Notes under the pieces: model-generated | What the model was told of the DNA's origin: nothing | Seen by the model: only the letters and a program-made list of their open reading frames with translations | Databases searched by the model: none | Assembly: GCF_018977255.1 (NCBI RefSeq) | Contig: NW_024704743.1 | Location: 38,504,001-38,568,000, forward strand | Source: Callorhinchus milii | Taxonomy: Eukaryota | Reading direction: 5' to 3' | DNA length: 64,000 nucleotides | Program-made: the position numbers and the translations under genes | In this document: piece after piece, positions 53,881-64,000 of the stretch | Layout: the number at the start of each line of letters is the position of its first letter | Position numbering within the stretch: position 1 is the stretch's first letter

Positions 53881-56800
53881 TCTAGTGGGTTGTCAGACAG
53901 TGAAAGACGTAGGGGATCGGATCTTATTCTTACCTGAATAAGTCCACAGACAGCAGAGCAGAGGTCACCAGATAGTGATCAGGAGCTCTGGCTGATCTTT
54001 CTCCTCTCTAGCCAGTGGGGTGCAGAGAGCATCGTTATGCCCCCATTGCTGTCCCAGATGTTACTATGAATTGAAAGTGCATCCAACTGAGCTGTGTGCC
54101 TTCATCCATCATTTTACCCAAGAGGTCAGCAGGTGAACCCGAACCCTCTTCTTCATGAAGCCTGTCAGCACAGATCCTATTTGAAGTATGTGAATACTGA
54201 ATGTATGTGACATTTTAAACTGCATCATTAATATTATAGAGAATTTTCTTTTTTACCTCTTTTTCCTTTGTTTTTCTTTTTTTCTTTTGCTTTTCCACAA
54301 CTTGCCTCCCTTCTCCCTCTCCCCAAACCTAACGACTCTGGATAGAAGTTAGAAATCCGTATATTGGTGCTGATAGGTGGATTACTTTACATTTTGAGCC
54401 AGGGCTGGCTGAACTAGACCAGAAACACTGTACATTGACTGTGAATTATGACCCTATTTACACCACAGTATGGGCCCAGTGCCCTCTGCTGGTTTTACAA
54501 TGAATTATTGTAAAGAACAAAATATTGATACAAGAATGGACCATTCGGATCTTTATCCAACAGAAAATGCAAAAATCTATTGTACCATGTAGTTCACTCC
54601 AGCCACATTGTCTCCTGGACAAATATATGGATAATTTCTTAATTCCCAAAGGTAACTAGGCAAATGTTGTGCAGTTTTAATTTTGAATGTACAGTCTGTA
54701 ATTTTGCTCCCATTTTCTAAGTTACATAAAATAACTGCTTAGCATCTACATTGTCTATTTTATAGATGAGGATCATGTCCCTTTTCAATCTTGCTTCCAA
54801 TGAGAAGGAGTTCAGCTTTCCGAATCCCTCCTCAAAATGCACACCTCCAAGTCTTGGATTCACTTTTGTCACTCTTCTTTTAACTCTAGCCAATAACAAT
54901 CCTTGCATTTAATATAGCACTTTTTATTTGTTGGGGACATCTCAATGTGCTTCACAGGATTTTCTGTAAAGTGCAGTGTCTGTGTACTTTGTAAGTGAAT
55001 GCTACAATATCACTTTGAAGGTACTGATAACTTTCTTCATTTTAGTTGTTGGCTTGCCATTTTGGACTGGTACCAAACTGAATAAAACCACTCAGAGGTG
55101 ATACCTGAATATTGCTTTATAAGAAAACCAGTTGAGTTAATCCACGTCCTCTTTCTTTAGATCCTCAAATATACTGTTGACCCTGATTGGAACACGGATA
55201 GCCTCTGGCCCACCAATTGCTGAAGGTGCAGGGATATGGATGACCTAGTTCTGTACCAGGCGATGCATCAGCCAACTAAGCCACTGAGGAATCAAAAGTA
55301 AGGTCCTTAGAAATTGGTGTGGAAAGAACGGCGAAGAAAGTATTTCCCGGCACATTTAAATACAGAGTCAATCCACTTTACAGTGTATCATGTGAAGCGC
55401 TTTGAGACGTCTCAACAACGTGAAAAGGTGCTAAATCAAATACAAAGATTATTATTATTTAGTTTGCCTGTGGATTTAATAAAGGGGCTTATTTTTCCAG
55501 AAATTACTTATTATGCCATCCTCTCCCTTGTCACTGAAATGTAATGTGTGTTGGAGTGGAGGTGGTTTGGCTGTCAGTTAGAATTAAGAGTCATAGCCCA
55601 ATGAAGCATTCTCTGATAGTAGATCATTACTGTACATCTACACATTCTACTGATAGCTAAAAGACTACAGAAGAAACATGTAGGTACACTACTAATAACT
55701 AATAGTCTAATGCAGTCATTTAAGAGAGCAATAGATTCAAATGGAAACAGCATTGATCAGAAAGATACAATGGCTTTTTTCCCATATTTACTTTGGATAT
55801 TCTGAGCTCAGGGCATGGGTTTGTTGTATCTCTGGAGGTGGGGTGGGCAGGGTGTTAAACTGCAGTGTTAGTTCTCACTGTGATTGATATAGCAGCTCCA
55901 TAGAGGCTTCCCTGCACATGTTGTAATACTAGATACATCACAATTCTTTTCCTTACTCTGTGAAATAATAGTCTATTTAAAAAATAGTTGTCTCAAACTG
56001 ACCAGCAATCTCTTTAAGAAACACTGGCACTTCTAAACTGTACATTAACATTAAAGGATTTACTGACACCTTTAGGTTTCTGTGCTTTTGATTTAAATCA
56101 ATGGATAACATCGATTTTAAAAAGTGTACAAAAATATTTTGAAATCTGTGCTCATTTGTTAAAACTGAAAGAAACACTTAAGTACATTCTTCTATGCTTG
56201 CTTCCCCATTCCTACCATCTTCTGGTTTATAGCTTGCTTCTCGTAACATAGCGGAGGGGGAATATAGAAAGGTAATCATTAAGTTGCTTTATTAGTTTCC
56301 TCATACAATACTGTACAAATTTATATAATTGATATTCATTTATATAGCTTCTTTCACATCATGAGGATGTCCCAAGGCATTTAATAGAGCTAGCTTGGCA
56401 CCCAAGCTGGGGGTGGGAGGCAAAGGACTTAGACAGGCTGAAACCCCTGCATAGTTGAGCAGGTAGGGCGGGGACATGAAGCAAGCTGGTTAACTTACCT
56501 GAGTAACAAAGAGCCTTGGTTCTTCAGTACCTCATGTAAGTGATCATTCTGTATGAATAAGCCTAGATAGTGGGGTATATTATGAACCCATCATCAACTA
56601 CGAAATTTTGATTACATGCTTATTATGTGTTACAAATACATGAAAAAATTGCTCATGTTAGCAGTCAGCACATGATAGACCCAATGATTGTTGTCAGGTT
56701 ATTAATCTTGTCAGAAGTAGGCAGACTTAATGTTGACTAGCTGTGTAAAATGAGTTGAGTACATATTCTGCAGTGAAATAGATATTTTAATCAGCTGAGA

Positions 56801-59021
56801 TGCCAGTTGTTTACTCACAAAAGCACTTCCATCATTGGTGAGGCAGTAGCTAAAGCTTACTCCCCATCCCACTACTTGTTGTCTCCACTCGACTGGCTCC
56901 AGCCACCTGCTTGTCCCTCGTGCCCTAAGTTCCCCCATTGGTGGCCGCACTTTCAGCCACTATGCCTCGAAACTCTGGAACACTCTCCCTCAAGCCCTCT
57001 GCCTTGCCCTTTCCTTCCCTATCTTCAGATCAAGTCGGAAGACCTTCTTCTTCAATCATGCTTATGGTCACCTCCCCACTTCTGTGCATCAGTGTTGTGC
57101 TCCGCCACTGAAGCTCTACCCTGCGTGACAGGCGCTATATAAATGCAAGTTGTTGTTGTTATTGTTGTACTGTTAACTGAAGCTCCGATCCCAAATAAAG
57201 ATTTTTTAAAAATCAATTAAGGAAGTGAAGTACCAGACTTTCTTGTGCAATGTTTGGTATTCTAATAGCAAACATTACACAAGGATGTTGCTCAGAAATC
57301 CCATCCACTCCCTCGTTATAACTATTAGTTGTGCTTGAAATAATATCTTTATAAGTGCACAATACAGTACTAGACACCCACGTGCATATTATCCAGACAC
57401 ATGTACAAACAAGAGATTAGAATGAAAATTAGATCATAGAATGAATCAAGCTCATACACCATCAGATTGTTTTACGTGTTAACAGTGTCCAGTGCTACTT
57501 AATGTTCAGTTTCACTGCTTGTGAAACGAACATGTTAGGCTATTACTGAATTTCTTCTGTTAATGATTCTCCATGAACAGAAGGACAGAGACCTGCAAAA
57601 ACCTCCTTTTATCCTTGCCAATATTCTCTCTTCATCCTCTGGAGGCATTTTAAACTCCTTTTTGTTCCTTTTACAATTCCACAGTCACCATCGAGCATGT
57701 TGTTCTAGTGGCCATTATTCATGTGAATCAACATGAACTTTGACAGCGAGAGCCGAGTATCAGCAGATTATTTGACTGGCAGATCGCTAACTGGGGGTAA
57801 TAATCCCTTATATAAATAACTAAGAATTTGGTCACTAATCCACGACTGGTTGTGGGACACTTCTGTGTGCAATTGGCTATTGCATTTCGCCCACACAAAA
57901 AAAAACTTTCATTATTGAAGTCAAAGGAGGCTCCTGGCACATGCAGGCGACTCATGTCAACTGTTAACCTACCCGTGCTGTGAGTGCCCATTCCTTGTTG
58001 TACCAGCATCCCGAATATGAAAGTGGATCAGAAATTGCATTATTCATTTAATCAAATACAAATATAACAATATTAACAAATGAAGAACAATGCCATGCAA
58101 AACAACAGCTTTGATCTTGGCTGAAAATATATCCTCATCGTGGCATGACATTCTTTGGCAACCTTGATTACATCAAGTCTGGTTCATATTGTACAAATTA
58201 TACAAACTGTATGATTCTGGGGTCAGAAGGCTTTGGGATAGTTTGGTTACTGTAGTATATTAGTGTATTATTTTGTTATTACTAAGACATACGTTGTAAT
58301 TTCTTTGACAGAATCACTCCCACTGGAGGAGATATTCATTCAGACTGGCCAATACCCACTGATATATTAAATAGAAAATCTCCTGTAAAAGATGAATTGC
58401 ACCAAATTTTGTAAGATAATTTGGAAAGATATTTCTTACACTAATAGGATTTACAGCAGATACTATATAAATTGGCAGTCCATTTACCATCGGAAAAGTG
58501 TGAATATCACAGTTTGTTAGGACAAAAATCCATTGATTTCATTGAATGGATACCCAGCTTCATTATTGACACTTTTTTTTTTACAACACCTTTCATTTGT
58601 ATAGCGCCCTTCACATGGGTAGCGTCTTGTAGTGTTTAACAGCGGTGTAGTTTGAAGCTGAGCTGGAAAGGGGGGGAGGAGACCGAAGGTACAGTCGAAC
58701 AGGAAAGTCTTCAGATGCAATTTGAAGATGGGTAATGAGGGGGGAAGATGGAGGATTGAGGAAAGGAGTTCCAGAGATTTGGGGCATAGTGGCTGAAAGT
58801 GTCCAATCTGCTTTCTTGTTATCAGCACAGTCAGAGACCTGATGATCATCTCCGACTGAAGGCTGATAGAACAGGTTACTGTGCAAGAAGAGGAAGGCAT
58901 TGTCAAAAAATGTATGGACATTTTCTTCCAATAGCAGCAATAGTTTTTAATTAACTAAAATTGACAAAGCTTGACAGATTGAAATGAACTAAAGTGCCAA
59001 TGCCACATTAATGTCCACATT

Positions 59022-59040
59022 AAGCGCCCTCTGGTGGACA
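59022..59040 (-). promoter_or_regulatory. CTCF core motif
   Basis: Minus strand TGTCCACCAGAGGGCGCTT matches the CCACCAG(A/G)(G/T)GGCGC consensus, in non-repetitive AT-rich DNA. Confidence 0.6.
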
Positions 59041-59839
59041 GATATATAATATGTAATTAATGCTCAAGCAACTGAAAGATTGCTTACTTACACTGTTTTC
59101 ATGCCAAAACAGGCTGACTATTTCTAATCAACATGGTTCACGGCAAGCCTCTACAAAACTGTTATTTTTAGATAGGTGCAGAAAGTATATTATAGTGAAT
59201 ATATTATGTTAGAGTAAAAAATACTGATTCAAACCACTTTGGATTTACAATTCAGATTTCTTTCCTGAGCGCTCAAAACTGAACTTATGTGAGAATGGTT
59301 CACACCTTGTGGACAAGCAACCTGAAAACTTACTAGACAGTGCTTTCAATGGCAAGCTAAGTGGGTTTAACTGGTTAGACTCCAGCAGTACCCCAACGCA
59401 CACTTTGGGGTCCTCAAGCCTTGGCTCTTTCCAACCAGCACCTAATACTTTCTGGAACTGGGTAAGCAGGATATGTCCCTCAAGGGAGAGAGAGAGTAAG
59501 TGTTCCATTCCAATAAATATTTCAGGAATGTCCATGTGTAAGTGGGAATGCATGGAACTCTCAGTTTGGTTTGGATTCTCTTAAGCATGGTGATGGGTTT
59601 CTGCTTGTGTCAGGCACCTGACTGACAAAATAAATGGTTCATGCCAGATAAATAATGCCCTGTGTTGGGAAGAGCTACATTTTAACATAGTTTTCTACCG
59701 GTGAGAAGATCGAAATATTGTGCGCTGGTTTGAATCTTAGTCTGTAGTGAGTTTGCTGGTCTCAGCCAGGGTTGCACAGGGAAGCTAAATCAAAAAGTCA
59801 ATTGCATTTTTTTTGAAAAGCACTTAGAACCTCTTAATC

Positions 59840-60710
59840 TACATGCACACTCTCGGCGATTCATCCCCAGACGTGAGGTCAACTTCCCCATGTTTGCAGA
59901 TGACACCCAAATCTACCTCTCCTCCTCCAGCTGCGACTCCCAGTCCGCTGGTGTCCTGTCAGCTTGTTTGATGGACATCAAGGCCTGGATGAGCACAAAT
60001 TTCCCGTAGCTAAATGTCGGCAAGACAGAAACTATACTCATTGGCTCCAGTCAATGTCTTCTCTCCTGCGGGTCTGAAATCCTCCACCTCTCCTGGTTCT
60101 CCCTCAGACTGACCGAATCCATGTGCAACTTAGGCGTTAGGTTCAATTCCTAGCTTTCCTTTCTAACCCACATCCGTTCCTTGGCCAGGATTGCTTTTTC
60201 CCACCTCCGCCACATTGCCCACCTCCGTCTGTACCTCATAACCAACTCAGCTGAAATCCTCATTCATGCCTTCATTACTTCCCGGCTGGACTATTCCAAT
60301 GCCCTCCTCGCTGGTCTCCCCAGCTCCACCATACACAAAATACGATTACTTCAAAACTCCGCCGCCCGGATACTCACTCACACAAAACTCTGTACCCCCA
60401 TCACACCAGTCTTTGCCCGGCTACACTGACTCCGAATTACTGAACGGATCGATTTCAAGATCCTCTCACTCATTTTCAAATCCCTTCAAGCCCTCACACC
60501 TCCTTACCTATCCAATTTACTTACCCCTCACTTCACCACCCACTGCCTCCACTCGGCCAGCTCCAGCCTCCTGTTTGTCCTTTGGTCAATCCGCTCCACT
60601 ATCCCCCTACCATGCCTTCAGCCACTATGCCCTGAAGCTGTGGCACTCTCTCCCTCAATCCTTCTGCCTTGGCCCCTCCCTCCCCAATTTCCCATCCCAC
60701 CTAAAGACCT
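59840..60710 (+). mobile_element. L2 LINE fragment
   Basis: FADDTQIY motif, AEILIHAFITSRLDYSNALLAGLP, several in-frame stops. Confidence 0.9.
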
Positions 60711-62795
60711 CTGTTCTCTCCCCATAGCCCTGCAAACTTGTCCTCCCCAAATAATTATCTACTTCTCGCTTAAAAACTGTTATCAAATCGGCTTTAGCTC
60801 AAGTTAGTAAAGAAAATTACAACTTAATGAATGAAACAGTGGGCTGGAGGAAATAACAAAGCAGTATTCGTTCCCCACAGGACAGTGTAGATTACAGTAC
60901 CCTGGGAAAGATTATTCAGACTGCCTTAAACAAGTACCAAATATATCTTTTTCGCTACTGAGACAAAACTCAAAGTGATGATTGGCACTGGGTCCAAACA
61001 TTATTTACTTACTCCAAGGGACTGAGGGCCAGCTTTGTGAAATAAATTGAGTCAGTTTTTGCCAGATTTTTGTTGCCATCAAAAGCAAGTGTCCCAGCTG
61101 ATTATAAATTTAGTGACTGAAAGGATCCGGGTAAAGGTTGGTTTTGGCCCTAATAAGATCAAACTCATTAAAGTCAGGGTTCACTTGACTGTCTGTGCTG
61201 ACATTCAGAGTTTCTCCCTTCTCTCTTCAAATAGCATTGTAGAATTATTAATATCCACCTGAACAAGCGGATGGGAAGTGCACATGTGAAGGATAGCACC
61301 TCTGACAATGCAGATCTCCTCCAGCACTGCACTGATGTCAGCCTGGACTGTGAGCTCAAGTCCTGAATTCTGATTCATGTATTCTGGCATTTGACTACCA
61401 ATTAGTGGGAATAACAACATTTTGCTGAGCAAAAGAAACCTCAGAGTAGTGCCAATGACCAGCAGCTGAATGCAGTGATCCAACAAGTTGAATGTATTAC
61501 TAGGTTTCATGGATGTCAACATTGAAAACAGCTCTGATGCATCAGGAGAATTTCTGAATCGATATATTTTAACATTTAAAATGTAAAATGAATGTTGGAT
61601 TTACTTACTGTCCAAATGCTAAGAGAGGCTGAGTCCTGCAATAATAAATTTGAAACACATTCTGTGAAATGATTTCAGATGGCTAATTATGTGATAAAGT
61701 TCTGCATCAAATGCAAGGATTATTACTAATTATTATGATGTATGTCTCCATTACAATGGCTTGTAGCTGCATTTGAAACTTGACTAAAATTCTCTCACAC
61801 AATATATTTCTTAAAATAAATGAAATGGTATGGTATTTTCAGAAATGACTGAAAAATATATTGATTCTTTCTCTGTATTTAATGACAGTTCTGAGCCGCT
61901 AACATTGAATAATATTATGAGGTTACAGGTCGTTCTCTGTATGGCTGATACGAAGCTAATCAAATTAACAGTGCTACAAAGGTTAAATGACATTTAGATT
62001 TATACCTTTACAATGTCTGTCCTGTTAATAAAGTATTGGGCCGTTCAATGAGATTGCTTGATTGTTTTTACATGCATTGCATCTAATTATGATTTTGCCG
62101 TACAAACTGAATCTCCAAAAGACTTGATTTCTATTTGGTTACAACAGCTTCAATTCCATCTTTTGGTTGAATAACACTGTTCAGGGAAGTAGACGACTAA
62201 GCCAGGCTGAGCATAACAACATTTAGTATAGGCCCAGCTAGATTAGTTGCAGAAGAGAAAATCAGATCAGGAGCCAGTTCAGGCTTCACATATCTTTGGC
62301 TTTGTCAAGTCTGACTGAAAATGCTCAGGTTTTATTTGGAATCTCTGCCCTCAGTTCCACAATCAAGTCATTAAGGAAGCACAATATTATCACAAAACCT
62401 TCATTGCTCCAGCCAAGGTTTCAGATGAGCTTACATTTTAAGTGCTAATGGTGAAATTGCTATGAAATGCATTGCTGTCATATTCTCAGCATTAAGATTT
62501 TAAAAGAAGGGAGGCCAACAATGCCCCAGATAAAATTGGCCATTCACTTCATGGCTGTTTGTGGGTCATTGCTGTGCAAATTGGCTGCAACGTTAGCCTG
62601 CAAAATAAAGTCAATATACTTTACAGTAAAATCCTGTGAAGTGCTTTGAGACATCCTGTCGATTTGAAAGGCTATATATCTAACATAATAATTATTATTA
62701 TTGTTTATTATAAAGTATCCTTCAACTGTGTACGTACGGCAAACGTCAGCAGTGATGGTGCTATATGGTTATTCTGCCAGTTATAATCTTTTTAA

Positions 62796-63199
62796 CTAAA
62801 AACAGAAGTCACTGGGAACACTCAGCAGATCAGGCAGCATCTATGGAGATAGGAAAATAAGCTAACGTTTCAGGCCTTTTGTTTATTGCTTAATTCACTG
62901 CCACTTCTCTTCCAGGAATGCCTACCTTGAAGAAGTTCTACTCTTCTCCTCGACATAATTTTTGTTTTTCTCTTTTACCCTGTTCACCTTCTTTGCTATT
63001 TGTTTCCCTTCTTGGGTTTGATGTTGTGTTTGCTAAAACTCACTTTCACAACTACATATTGAGATCTGATGAAAGGTCATCAACCTGAAACATTAACTCA
63101 CTTTCCTCTCTCCATAGATGCTGCCTGACCTGCTCAGTGTTCCCAGCGACTTCTGTTTTTATTTTAGATTTCCAAGATCTGCAGTATTTTGTCTTTTGT
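62796..63199 (+). mobile_element. Penelope-like mini-element with ~78-bp inverted arms, hammerhead-like core and 15-bp TSD
   Basis: Arms 62797-62874 and 63084-63161 are near-reverse complements. Flanks are TTATAATCTTTTTAA (62781-62795) and TTATAATATTTTTAA (63200-63214). CTGATGA...GAAAC at 63066-63091. Solo 3' ends of the same family at ~8990-9057 and 51325-51422. Confidence 0.65.
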
Positions 63200-64000
63200 T
63201 TATAATATTTTTAATAATTAATTAACACAAAAAAGCATTATTTTCTCTTAAATATATTTAGTTTGGCATTTCTTGATGGTGCCAAGGTCTCTTACAAAAA
63301 ACAAAAAACAATCAAAACAGCAGGACCTTGCTTTGATATCTACCTTATAATTATTATCAACTACTTATTACTACTGTAATATTTTCAGAACCTCAAGATA
63401 CAAAAACTGCAGGGTTTAAGTCTTCAGCTGCACAACAGATGTTCCCACCACAGTGCCAGTTTTATTTTAATGGTACATATAATCTGGGAATGAGGGAGCA
63501 ATTACTGAATTTTTGTTTAAAATTATTTCTAAAGTAGTCAATCGGCGACATTCTTATGTTTAGTTACCCGTTAACCATTTCACCAGCACAATACTATTTT
63601 TAGTTATGAACCAAATGGGCTTGAATGCTTAAGTCTTCTGCTCTGGACGCACTGTCGATTTTCTTAAAACCGTAGAGGTTCATAGTAGAGAAGAACAACA
63701 ACTTGCATTTATATATAGCGCCCTTCATTTGTCCCAGAGCTTTTGACGGTGGTGGAGCACGACGTTGAAATGGGAGGAGAGGGGAGGTGGACGTAGGCAC
63801 GATTGAAGAGGAGGGTCTTCAGGTGCGATCTGAAGATGGAGAAGGAAGGGCAAGGTGGAGGGATAGAAGAAGAGCGTTCCAGAGTTTCGGGATGTAGTGG
63901 CTGAAAGTGCGGCCACCGATGGTGGAACAGAGGGCATGAGGGACAAGCAGTCAAGTGGTCAAAACAAGGCCATTTGGTCTATTGTGTCTGTGCTGGCTCT

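Overview
This is vertebrate genomic DNA, most likely from a cartilaginous fish (possibly a holocephalan). That assignment is inferred from the repeat landscape: tRNA-head/Deu-domain SINEs with L2-type tails, plus CR1, L2 and Penelope-like fragments. The only host gene I can support is the 5' part of ANKH (progressive ankylosis homolog) on the minus strand: exon 1 CDS 44340-44438, a 36.8 kb intron 1, exon 2 7315-7531 and exon 3 4228-4346. Exon 3 is absent from the ORF track. All junctions are GT-AG and the three exons give 145 in-frame codons; exon 4 was not found and probably lies left of the window. Exon 1 sits in a CpG-rich region flanked by very G-skewed tandem arrays and preceded by two candidate uORFs. 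The rest is intron or upstream DNA full of decayed retroelements. Notable structures read from the sequence: a TSD-flanked Penelope-like mini-element with inverted arms and a hammerhead-ribozyme-like core, a hAT element with a perfect 8-bp TSD in a three-level nest, two templated-insertion scars, an unclassified ~350-bp dispersed repeat and a strong CTCF motif. I see no evidence for a wholly new multi-gene system. Repeat boundaries are approximate and family names come from recall, not database searches.
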